Positions 1 to 8,514 of a stretch of 38,637 nt of DNA are shown one piece after another. The first letter of the stretch is position 1, and every line of letters begins with the position of its first letter. The position numbers were made by a program, and so were the translations under genes. Location: contig CAZXYF010000003.1 in assembly GCA_964644705.1 (NCBI GenBank), positions 1-38,637 of the forward strand, given 5' to 3'. This DNA is from an uncultured candidatus Brocadiaceae bacterium (GTDB taxonomy: Bacteria; Planctomycetota; Brocadiia; SM23-32). The notes beneath the pieces were generated by a model, which worked only from the letters and a program-made list of their open reading frames with translations, was not told where the DNA came from and did no database searches.

Positions 1-60
1 CCAGCATGCGGGAAGGCATGGGGGACCGCGTGTGGAAAGACGGTTAGCCCGGACAGTTCA

Positions 61-822
61 CTGTGCCGTGGAAAGCCACAGAGTTCAAGCAGGAGCTAAA
101 TCCTGTCCGGTAACTGTTGCTCCAACCGGTAGCAATCGGAGATGTTGGTGCGGGGACAAGACGACGGAAGCACTCCGACGAAGGAGGATCGCATAGGCGA
201 TTCAGCAAGCTTACAGGCCCAATTCGTTTGGACGTCAAGGAGGCCTCGAAAAGGGTAATGTGGAGGTTGACCCGCGATATGGCAGTACCGTACGACGAAT
301 CAGGAGAGCAACCTACAGCCAACATCTCCGCCGGGGTAGTGACGAGGGCACGCAGGCACAGGAACTCTGTAGCAACACGGGATATCCTGCCCGGATGATA
401 TGGTCAATTGACTATATAAACCGGTGGCCCGCGAGGGCAGAGCCGGCCCGTTGGTAGGAAGTCGGAGAGGTCCATAGTACCGAAGATGCTGTTTAATCAC
501 AGTGGAGGGAAGGGATTCCTTAGTCTGAAGCAGGTGTAAGAAGCGGCATGTAAGGCGAGGAGACTGGCCTCAAGGCCTATCAGCTCCGTTGATCGTCGGG
601 ATGCTGCAGAGGACATCAGGGAAATGTGGCAAAGGCATATGCCGATAGCTGCGTTTCTGTCTAGTTTTGGAGAGAGCCGGATGCGGGAGATCCGCACGTC
701 CGGTTCGACGAGAGGGATGTGGAAACGGAGTGCACGGTCAGGCTATTTAGGCACTCGCAGACGAAAGGGCGAGCCCCAGATAAGCCGGGCCTAAACGCCG
801 CCGCACCACATTTCTATTCTAC
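61..822 (+). mobile_element. ORF-less group II intron ribozyme (IIB-like), IEP deleted
   Basis: Domain V GAGCCGGATGCGGGAGATCCGCACGTCCGGTTC at 674-706 has the AGC triad and AC bulge. A long domain VI (gatgtgg/ccacatt) carries a bulged A816 seven nt before the 3' AC (821-822). The 5' end CTGTGCCGTGG or GTGCCG lies at 61-63, so the boundary is uncertain by 2 nt. There is no RT ORF in domain IV. Confidence 0.9.
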
Positions 823-1311
823 GGAGTCATCAGACCGCTCGGTCGGAGACCAAACCGGTGTCGTGTGAGTTGTTGAAAACACACTGTGATTCACAATTGC
901 TTTGATTGTCGGGCATCACCTGTGGCTGAGGCTGGTTTTAGAATAATTCACGCTTGAGGTTTGTGAAATGGTCGGGTTAGAGGTGATCGGCTGCTACTTG
1001 AGCACTCCTCTGGATGTGGATCTTTCCCTGTGTACTGTGCGTTGTTAGGGCCGTTTTTTGAGCCGGAGTTTATATGGAAAAGTGTTTGGTAGGGGCGCCA
1101 CTGGAAAAGCGCCGTGTAATTCATGACCCTCACTTCGAATCATCGGTAATATCTGCACAGGTTACTTGACCGCGACTCAGTGTTAGATGTCGACAGGAAG
1201 CAATCGGGCGGGGGTTTTCGGCCTTGGGTTGGGGGAACTATGTTGTGGTGAAACTTTGCCGGATATAGCCATCGGCTGAGTGGGCCCTTGCGGCAAATTG
1301 GGCTGAGAGGC

Positions 1312-1341
1312 TTGACAGAGCCGGGAGTAAAAGATGATAAT
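1312..1341 (+). promoter_or_regulatory. Putative sigma70 promoter for the structured leader and rny
   Basis: TTGACA (1312-1317), 18-nt spacer, GATAAT (1336-1341). Confidence 0.5.
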
Positions 1342-1383
1342 CGAAGAGGAACATAATCTAATGAGGGCGATATAGAAATTCAA

Positions 1384-1797
1384 CAGTTGTAGGTGTTCTC
1401 TGCGAATGTAGCGCCCTCATGATACAAAGGAAGATCTTTGAACTGGCGAAAACAGGGAACATTTTTCAACTGATAATAAAGACAGCACCTTACAGCCTTG
1501 TAACCTGAAGCAATGAACACACCTCAGACCCCGTATAAACGGGTTGAAAAACGGAGTCAGCCAGAACCCAATGAATAATGATGGGATGGGATAATTTATG
1601 AGCACATCCGGATTAGTACTTTATATGGGCATTATATTGGTCAATAGCGGTGAAAAACACCTCCCCGGAGTTTTGGGGATGAGCGTAAATTGTTGCCCGT
1701 GTAAATGATCTGATGTGGCTGTCATAGTTCTGGTGTGTGACGTATATATTTCTGAGGGATGAATTTGCAGATGGTTGCATTGGTTGTTTGGGCTGTC
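1384..1797 (+). ncRNA. Putative large structured RNA / 5' leader upstream of rny
   Basis: Nested helices 1481-1486/1792-1797, 1499-1505/1773-1779, 1522-1528/1751-1757, 1560-1567/1727-1734 and 1620-1631/1694-1705 (12 bp, two G-U), plus a separate irregular hairpin at 1384-1472. No credible ORF. Confidence 0.55.
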
Positions 1798-1821
1798 GCC
1801 CAGATCGGGCGGGAGTGAGAA

Positions 1822-3384
1822 ATGTTTGGAATTGATATCGAAGCGTGGCTTTTTCTGACCAGTGTGTCGGGACTAGTGGTTGGATATTATTTGCGTCGGG
1901 GATTGGCTAAGGCTGTTGAAGAAAACGCGGAAGCAAAGCGCGAAGAAATTCTCGCACAAGCTGAGAAAGAGGCTGAACAGCTTAGTCGAGAAATGGAAGT
2001 TGAAGCACGACAGGAGCTTATTGAACGGCGTGAGGATTTCGAGGAAGAAGTCAAAGAAACCCGACAGGAACTCAGACAGACCGAGAGGCGTCTGGAGAAG
2101 CGAGAAGACTCCCTCAGTCAAAAAGAAGCCGAGGTTGAGAAAAAAGAGCGTCACCTGGAAACAGCTGAGAAAAACTTGGAGGAAAATCGGAAACAACTCG
2201 CTCAACGTGAGTCCGAAATTGAGGAGCTGAAAGAACAACAGAAGGATGAGCTCTATCGCATAAGTGGGTTGTCGAAAGAGGACGCGCGGAACATCCTCTT
2301 TGAAAGGATGGAGGACGAGGTTGAGCGAGAGTGTGAGGAATTAATTGGCGAGAAACTTGTTCAGGCGGAAGATAAGGCGGAAAAAGAGGCACGCCGGGTT
2401 CTCGTTGATGCTCTGGAACGATGTGCGGCTGATGCTGCCATTGAGACGACCACATGCACGGTAGAGCTTCCCAAAGATGATCTGAAAGGGCGGATTATTG
2501 GAAGAGAAGGGCGGAACATTCGCGCCTTTGAAAAGGCGACGGGTGTGGATGTGATAGTTGATGATACTCCGGGGGTGGTAGTGCTGAGTAGCTTTGACAG
2601 TGTACGGCGGGAAGCTGCTCGTCTGGCGATGGAGCGGTTAATTGCTGATGGCCGGATACATCCGGGGCGCATCGAGGAGATGACGGATGAGGCCTGGGAT
2701 GATATTCAGGAAGTCATCCGGGAGACCGGCAAAGATGCCGTTTACGATATGGGACTCTCGAAGGTTCCTGATCAGATCCGCAAATTACTTGGTCAACTGA
2801 AATTTCGCACCAGTTTCGGCCAGAATGTCCTTCAGCACTCGATTGAGGTGGGACAAATGGCCGGTTTGATGGCGGGTGAGCTGGATTTAGATGTGCGATT
2901 GGCCAAACGGTGTGGATTACTGCATGATATCGGCAAGGCACTCGATCACGATCAGGAGGGATCGCACGCTGTGCTGGGAGCCGAAGAGGCCAAGCGGTGG
3001 GGAGAAGATGATATCATCGTGAATGCGATAGAAGCGCACCATGAAGATGTGGATTCCCAATCGCCTTATGCCGGCCTCATACTGGCTGCTGACACTTTAA
3101 GCGCCAGCCGACCCGGGGCACGACGTGAAACACTGGAGCGGTATGTGAAGCGTCTTGAGAACCTGGAGAATCTTGCGGAAAGCCAGTCGGGAGTCCAGAA
3201 CGCCTATGCTATCCAGGCCGGGCGGGAGATTCGCGTCATGGTTGATTCGGAGAAAGTTAACGATAAAACCGCAGCAAAACTGTCGTGCGACATTGCCTCA
3301 CAGGTGGAAGGAGAACTGCAATATCCGGGTGAGGTACAGGTAACCGTGATTCGTGAATCTCGCTACCAGGAGACGGCTCACTGA
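1822..3384 (+). CDS. rny: Ribonuclease Y
   Basis: N-terminal TM helix, coiled coil, KH domain (KGRIIGREGRNIRAFE), HD domain (LLHDIGKA), C-terminal YAIQAGREIRV and YPGEVQVTVIRE. Confidence 0.98.
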   Translation: MFGIDIEAWLFLTSVSGLVVGYYLRRGLAKAVEENAEAKREEILAQAEKEAEQLSREMEVEARQELIERREDFEEEVKETRQELRQTERRLEKREDSLSQKEAEVEKKERHLETAEKNLEENRKQLAQRESEIEELKEQQKDELYRISGLSKEDARNILFERMEDEVERECEELIGEKLVQAEDKAEKEARRVLVDALERCAADAAIETTTCTVELPKDDLKGRIIGREGRNIRAFEKATGVDVIVDDTPGVVVLSSFDSVRREAARLAMERLIADGRIHPGRIEEMTDEAWDDIQEVIRETGKDAVYDMGLSKVPDQIRKLLGQLKFRTSFGQNVLQHSIEVGQMAGLMAGELDLDVRLAKRCGLLHDIGKALDHDQEGSHAVLGAEEAKRWGEDDIIVNAIEAHHEDVDSQSPYAGLILAADTLSASRPGARRETLERYVKRLENLENLAESQSGVQNAYAIQAGREIRVMVDSEKVNDKTAAKLSCDIASQVEGELQYPGEVQVTVIRESRYQETAH

Positions 3385-3956
3385 GACAGCTGGATGAGCT
3401 CCTCGCCTGCCCGGCGTGCGGATTCCCGGTGGTCATCGCGGTCCAGAACGTCGTCTTTGGCGTCAAGATCCGGATAAAATCGGGATACCTGACAGTTGAT
3501 GTTCAATGTTGAGAGCCAGGTTTTCACGATGTGGGAGGTGCATTGGAAGTAGTTCTTGCGGTCCATGGCCCCCACGCACAGAAATGCTCCCTCACGTTCC
3601 GGTTCCGGCGGTTTGCCGAGGCGGTATGTGCGGACCCAGAAGCACTGGAACCGGTCAATGAAAACCTTGGCGTGCCCGGGAAGAGAAGTAAAATAGATGG
3701 GCGTTGCGAGGATCACGTGGTCCGCCTCACAAAATCGTGTGTACATGTTTTGCATTTCATCCTGAACAACGCACTCTCCTGTTTCCCAGCATGCATTGCA
3801 GCTCCTGCATGGGGTGATGGACATCTCTCGGGGGACAATCTTTTGGACTTCGATATTGGCCGTCTGGCTGGCCATGCCCTCGAGCATATTATCGAGAAGG
3901 TGTTCGCTGTTGCCGTTTCTGCGAGCGCTGGAACAAACTGCAATGACGTCGGCCAT
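3378..3956 (-). CDS. Flavodoxin-family / iron-sulfur flavoprotein (NADPH-dependent FMN reductase fold)
   Basis: SSARRNGNS, CRSCNACWETGEC (CX2CX2CX5C), ATPIYF and KVFIDRFQ motifs. Confidence 0.88.
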   Translation of the reverse strand: MADVIAVCSSARRNGNSEHLLDNMLEGMASQTANIEVQKIVPREMSITPCRSCNACWETGECVVQDEMQNMYTRFCEADHVILATPIYFTSLPGHAKVFIDRFQCFWVRTYRLGKPPEPEREGAFLCVGAMDRKNYFQCTSHIVKTWLSTLNINCQVSRFYPDLDAKDDVLDRDDHRESARRAGEELIQLSQ

Positions 3957-3983
3957 GGTGTGTCTCCCTGTGGACGGTTTTGT

Positions 3984-4694
3984 TTATTGATACTCTGTGG
4001 GATCGGGAACATCCGCCTTTTCAAATCCCCGTTTCCGAAGTTGGCATGCGTCACAATGACCGCACGCCCGCCCTTCTGCATCCGGATTGTAGCAGGTCGA
4101 TGTGAGAGAGTAATCAACCCCTAACCGTGTTCCGGTGCGGATGATTTCCTCTTTGGTCATTCCCTGCAGTGGGGCGCGGATTTTCGTGGGAGCACCTTCG
4201 ATAGCTTTTTTGGTGGCCACCTGGGCCAGGTTCTGAAAAGCTGCTATGAACTCCGGGCGGCAATCCGGATAACCGCTGTAATCGACCGCGTTGACTCCGC
4301 AAAAGATGCAGTCAGCATCCGTGCTCTCCGCGCGAGCTAGGGCGCAGGAAAGAAAAATGGTGTTCCGGGCGGGAACATAAGTGGCCGGGATGTTTTCCGT
4401 AAGTTCCCGGGCAGAACGGTCCTGAGGAATGGATTGTGCCTCATCCGTGAGTGCGCTTTTGGCGAGCTGCTGGATTGGAAGGTCTAAAATTTGATGATCG
4501 CGGATGCCTTGATTGCGGGCGATCTGTTGGGCAGATTCAACTTCGACGGCATGACGCTGTCCGTAGAGGAAGGTGAGGGCATGGCATTGGTAGCCCCGAT
4601 CTCTGGCTATAGCCAGAGTCGTCGCTGAATCTAACCCGCCGCTGAGCAATATTACTGCGGATGGTTCGTTCCCCTTTCTGTGATCAGCTGTCAT
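3984..4694 (-). CDS. queC: 7-cyano-7-deazaguanine synthase
   Basis: LLSGGLDS, YGQRH, TYVPARN, DYSGYPDCRPEF and CY...CGHCDACQLR zinc motif. Confidence 0.97.
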   Translation of the reverse strand: MTADHRKGNEPSAVILLSGGLDSATTLAIARDRGYQCHALTFLYGQRHAVEVESAQQIARNQGIRDHQILDLPIQQLAKSALTDEAQSIPQDRSARELTENIPATYVPARNTIFLSCALARAESTDADCIFCGVNAVDYSGYPDCRPEFIAAFQNLAQVATKKAIEGAPTKIRAPLQGMTKEEIIRTGTRLGVDYSLTSTCYNPDAEGRACGHCDACQLRKRGFEKADVPDPTEYQ

Positions 4695-5010
4695 TCTCTT
4701 CTTCCTGCAGGAGCGGAAGAGCTTTTTGGGCTTCCTCGCGCATTGCTTTGCCCGCTTTGAACTTCACCACGGCTTTGGGATCAACATAAACCACTTCATT
4801 GGTCCGCGGATTTCTGGCCTTGCGGCCTTCCTGGAGCCGGGTGTCAAACACACCAAAATTGCGCAGCTCTAGCCGCCTTCCCTCCGAGAGCTCTTCTATG
4901 ACGCGTTCGAGCAGACATTGCACAATTTCTTTGGTCACAACTTGCGGGTGATCGGTTTCTTCGGCGATGCTTTCACATAGTTCGCGTTTGGTTACCGTAC
5001 GATTGGCCAC
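4684..5010 (-). CDS. HU/IHF family DNA-binding protein
   Basis: LELRNFGVF...RKARNPRTNEVV...VVKFKAGKAM signature; GTG start with GGAGG RBS. Confidence 0.93.
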   Translation of the reverse strand: MANRTVTKRELCESIAEETDHPQVVTKEIVQCLLERVIEELSEGRRLELRNFGVFDTRLQEGRKARNPRTNEVVYVDPKAVVKFKAGKAMREEAQKALPLLQEEENDS

Positions 5011-5040
5011 GGATTTCCTCCCCGTGTGCTTTTAGCAGAA

Positions 5041-5070
5041 TTGACTTTGGCGAAAAGGTAGTGCCATCAT
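5041..5070 (+). promoter_or_regulatory. Possible + strand promoter for the structured RNA / pyrC leader
   Basis: TTGACT (5041-5046), 18-nt spacer, extended -10 TGcCATCAT (5062-5070). Confidence 0.35.
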
Positions 5071-5086
5071 GAACTTAGTGCTGGCA

Positions 5087-5115
5087 ATTCTAAAATACTG
5101 GCGCAAGGCTGTCAA
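5087..5115 (-). promoter_or_regulatory. Sigma70 promoter of the HU/IHF-queC-flavodoxin operon
   Basis: Minus strand TTGACA, 17-nt spacer, TAGAAT. Confidence 0.75.
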
Positions 5116-5120
5116 GAACA

Positions 5121-5607
5121 ACAAAGAGACTTGGCTCTGGGGATAGAGTCTTTGTGAAACCAACCAGGCCGGCCGGTTCTCACCGGTGACGATGTTTTGA
5201 TAGTCCCACACTCAGTAAAAAGGCAGACGAAGGCAAAGACGAAGATAAAGAAGTTAGATCCACCACCTCAACATGCCAAGCGGCCCTGTATAAGTATCCT
5301 AATGTTTCAGCCCAACTTTTATGGATCCTATTATCACGCCATCCTGCTCGGAAGATACAGAGGATGCACTGATTCGAGGATACAAAGGTCCACACTGAAT
5401 CCCTGGATCCGGCATTTTTGTATCTTGCACAGTGCATCATCCAAAGAACAAAGCCACAGGGTGTGTTATAAAAGTTAGGTTGATAATCACAATCCGCTTC
5501 GAGGGCGGTTTACGAGAGGAACCGTATCTTTGGCCGGAAAATAGCTCAGATGCCGTCCAAAAACCAATTGTGGGGCTTTTGAGTAGCACTGCCCCCCGGG
5601 TGAGACC
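5121..5607 (+). ncRNA. Putative large structured RNA between the HU/IHF gene and pyrC
   Basis: Nested helices 5178-5184/5599-5605, 5202-5210/5569-5577, 5232-5239/5527-5535, 5307-5322/5468-5483, 5363-5371/5430-5438 and 5379-5386/5417-5424; preceding hairpin 5121-5155. Confidence 0.6.
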
Positions 5608-5708
5608 ACCGAGAGCATTCCCATCGACAAGTTTGCGCATGATTGGGCGGTGCGGTAGCCTCAAATAAGGATAAATTCCCGGAAAATAATGAGGAGATTG
5701 AGAAACCG

Positions 5709-7055
5709 ATGGATGAGGGTATGGCTTGTAGAAAAAATGAAGATGCCTGGTTATTGAAGGGGGCCATTGTGGCCAATCCCGGTACGGGGCTCTGGGGACG
5801 CCGTGATATTCTTATTGTGGATGATAGAGTGGAGGTCGTTGCGACGGATATATCACAGCACCATGTGCTTAGGGATTACGGTGAGGAACCTCGGATAGTG
5901 AATTTATCCGGCTTCTGGATTTGGCCCGGCCTGATTGATTTACACGTTCATTTCCGTGAGCCGGGCTACACCCACAAAGAGACCGTGACGACGGGTGGGG
6001 CCGCCGCCCTCAATGGAGGATATAGTTGTGTGGTTTGTGAGCCCAATACAGATCCACCGCTGGCCAAGGTGTCGATCATAGAAAATATGGCCGAGAAGGC
6101 GGACCAGGACACCCCCGTGCGGGTGCGTTTTAAGGCTGCTATGAGCTCCGGTAGAAAAGGCCAGCAACCGGCGGATGTGGAAAGGCTCGCCCGGGTATCT
6201 GAGGTGGTGGCACTGAGCGATGACGGGGATCCCATTGTTGATGTTGATTTGATGGAGCAAGTCTGTCGGCGAAGTGCCGCCGTTGGGTTGCCCGTCTGTC
6301 CCCATTGTGAGGATTCCCGGCGATCGCGGGAAGCGTATGACAGTGGGGTTGATCCGGGATTTTCGGTGGGGGCATGGAAGAAAAACGAGGCGTCCTACAT
6401 AGAGCGTGATGCTCAACTGGCGGTCAAGTGGGGCGTGCCGGCTCATTTTTCTCACGTCAGTCTGGCGGAAAGCCTGGAGGTGGTGCAGAAGCTGAAAAGA
6501 GATAATCCGGGAGTCCCTTTGACTCTGGAAGTTGCCCCGCATCATCTCTTGCTGGATGAGGAGTCTGAACTTGAAGAGGAAGCCGGGAAGGTGAATCCTC
6601 CCCTCCGGACTCCGGAAGACCGAAAAGCGTTGTGCGATGCTCTTGTTGCGGGCAAAATAGATGCGATAGCGAGTGACCACGCCCCTCATCAGCGTCAGGA
6701 AAAGCAGGATGGTGCGAGCGGGTTCATCGGTGTGGAAACCACCCTGCCTCTGATTCTGACTCATTTCGTGCATAAAGGTCTTCTGGCGCCGGTTGAGGCG
6801 GCGGGGCTGATGAGCAGCCGACCGGCGCAAATTCTCGGTTTACCCGGTGGAAGCGTCATGTCCGGGAGCCTGGCGGACCTGGTGATTATAGATCCTGAGT
6901 TGGACTGGGAGATCCATGCGGGCGATATGTTGTCGCGTTCGCAGAATACACCCTTCGACGGACACAGCGTGAAGGGTCGGGCGGTAGGTGTAATGATTGA
7001 TGGTGAGATGGTTTCAGCTCGCGATTCTCTTAAAAGTCGAATTTATTCCAAATAA
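5709..7055 (+). CDS. pyrC: Dihydroorotase
   Basis: DLHVHFREPG, EPNTDPP, HCED, HVS, KVNPPLR, IASDHAPH and SQNTPF motifs. Start uncertain (5709 or 5721). Confidence 0.93.
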   Translation: MDEGMACRKNEDAWLLKGAIVANPGTGLWGRRDILIVDDRVEVVATDISQHHVLRDYGEEPRIVNLSGFWIWPGLIDLHVHFREPGYTHKETVTTGGAAALNGGYSCVVCEPNTDPPLAKVSIIENMAEKADQDTPVRVRFKAAMSSGRKGQQPADVERLARVSEVVALSDDGDPIVDVDLMEQVCRRSAAVGLPVCPHCEDSRRSREAYDSGVDPGFSVGAWKKNEASYIERDAQLAVKWGVPAHFSHVSLAESLEVVQKLKRDNPGVPLTLEVAPHHLLLDEESELEEEAGKVNPPLRTPEDRKALCDALVAGKIDAIASDHAPHQRQEKQDGASGFIGVETTLPLILTHFVHKGLLAPVEAAGLMSSRPAQILGLPGGSVMSGSLADLVIIDPELDWEIHAGDMLSRSQNTPFDGHSVKGRAVGVMIDGEMVSARDSLKSRIYSK

Positions 7056-7066
7056 GGAGCAATCGA

Positions 7067-7576
7067 ATGAAAGTGTTTATTGATGGAGAGTCTTTTGTTC
7101 GCGGATCTCGTGAATTGGCTCCTGATCTGGTCAGAGAGGGAGCCCCGGAAGCGACCCGGGAAAACGTCGCAAAATGGTTGGCTCGGTATGCGGAAATCCA
7201 GGATTGTGACGTAAAATTGGTCTTTGCTGAAACACGTTCCGAAGACGTTTTGCCGCCAACGGAAGAATACGGCCGCGTGACTGTTCGGAACTTACTCCAG
7301 GGGGAAAAAGTGACTCGGGAAATCTGTAAACCGGCGAACCAGGCAGCAAACAGTGATCGGGTTTTCGTTGTTGCCGATGAACCAACAGTGACGGAGCCAG
7401 TTAAATCTACGGATGTCCGCGTCTATTCCCCAACGGAATTTATCCGCAGGGCGCGAAAAATAATGGGCAAGGAACAAACATCCCGTTACGAAGAACCGGA
7501 CGAGAAATATTCCGGAGTGGCGGAGGAAGAGGTCGATTTCTGGATGGACTATTTTTCTGAAAAGGATCAGGACTAA
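7067..7576 (+). CDS. NYN/YacP-like PIN-domain protein, apparently degenerate
   Basis: N-terminal VFIDG strand, YacP-like size and layout, acidic C-terminal EEVDFWMDYF tail; good AGGAG RBS. Confidence 0.55.
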   Translation: MKVFIDGESFVRGSRELAPDLVREGAPEATRENVAKWLARYAEIQDCDVKLVFAETRSEDVLPPTEEYGRVTVRNLLQGEKVTREICKPANQAANSDRVFVVADEPTVTEPVKSTDVRVYSPTEFIRRARKIMGKEQTSRYEEPDEKYSGVAEEEVDFWMDYFSEKDQD

Positions 7577-7582
7577 AGGCAG

Positions 7583-8425
7583 GTGAATATCGGGAGATAT
7601 ACTGCGATACTGGTGATAACGGCCTTTTTTGCCGTGATGTGGGGCCTGTTATTGCAGAATAATGTGGATTGGTCTTCATCACCTGAGGGACATCCCAATT
7701 ATGGCGCGATCATGGGACAGGAGCAGCAGGACCGGAAAATAGTCTGGAGTATTTATTATGCCACTTCCCGTGTTGGGCGGTCAATTACAACGATTCAACG
7801 CCGCAAAGATGATATACAAATCGTTAGCCGGACCAATCTGAATCTGGGAAAAGGCGTGCAGCTCCTGGCACGGGTGCCTGATCACCTGAATGTGATGCTA
7901 CGCGCTGATGTATCGACGGTTTCGGGGATTCGCTCCATCAAAATCGTTTGTGACCAATTGGATATCAGGCTGCACGGTGTGCGCCAGGGGGACACGCTAA
8001 AAGTGAGGGGACACGTTGGAGAGCAGATGGTTGAGAATACAATACAGGTTGACCAGAAGGTATTTGTGGGCCAAATGCTGGCTCCGATGTCCCGCTTGTC
8101 CCCGCTCAGTTTCTTGCAATCCGGACAGGCGTGGACTGTCGAAATATTCAATCCTCTGCTCGGAGGTTTCCAGGAAGTCAACGTCGTCTATAAGGGCAAA
8201 ACTGAGCATTTTTTGCAGGGGCGGGCTATGATGGCGCACCGGGTTGTTTTCAGAACGGACAAAAGGTCCTGGGAGTCCTATTTGAATGAGGAGGGTGAGA
8301 TTCTTCAACAGGGCACTCCATACGGGTTGAAACTGATCAGGGAGGACAGAGCAGACAAAAGGGAGGATGTGGAAACAGAAGAAACCGGGGGAAAGGGATC
8401 GGCGGTGAAGGAGGGATCACGATGA
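7583..8425 (+). CDS. Hypothetical membrane-anchored exported protein
   Basis: 280-aa ORF in operon context with an N-terminal hydrophobic helix followed by a beta-rich region. Confidence 0.7.
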   Translation: MNIGRYTAILVITAFFAVMWGLLLQNNVDWSSSPEGHPNYGAIMGQEQQDRKIVWSIYYATSRVGRSITTIQRRKDDIQIVSRTNLNLGKGVQLLARVPDHLNVMLRADVSTVSGIRSIKIVCDQLDIRLHGVRQGDTLKVRGHVGEQMVENTIQVDQKVFVGQMLAPMSRLSPLSFLQSGQAWTVEIFNPLLGGFQEVNVVYKGKTEHFLQGRAMMAHRVVFRTDKRSWESYLNEEGEILQQGTPYGLKLIREDRADKREDVETEETGGKGSAVKEGSR

Positions 8426-8514
8426 ACACCGGAATGTGCGAACCGGTCCTGGGGTTGAGCGCAGGGCTGCCCAAAACATTCACAAATGGGCTATATGATG
8501 GGTTCTCAGGAAAT

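Noticed and set aside
44-697. Short ORFs within the intron
   Set aside because: No RT motifs; they are shadow frames of ribozyme sequence.
823-850. Fluoride riboswitch-like CTGATGACTCC on the minus strand
   Set aside because: The matching 5' GATGGAG/GATGGTG pseudoknot half is not present upstream.
5180-5776. Short ORFs in the HU/IHF-pyrC spacer
   Set aside because: No RBS or motif support, they overlap each other, and the region is better explained by RNA structure.
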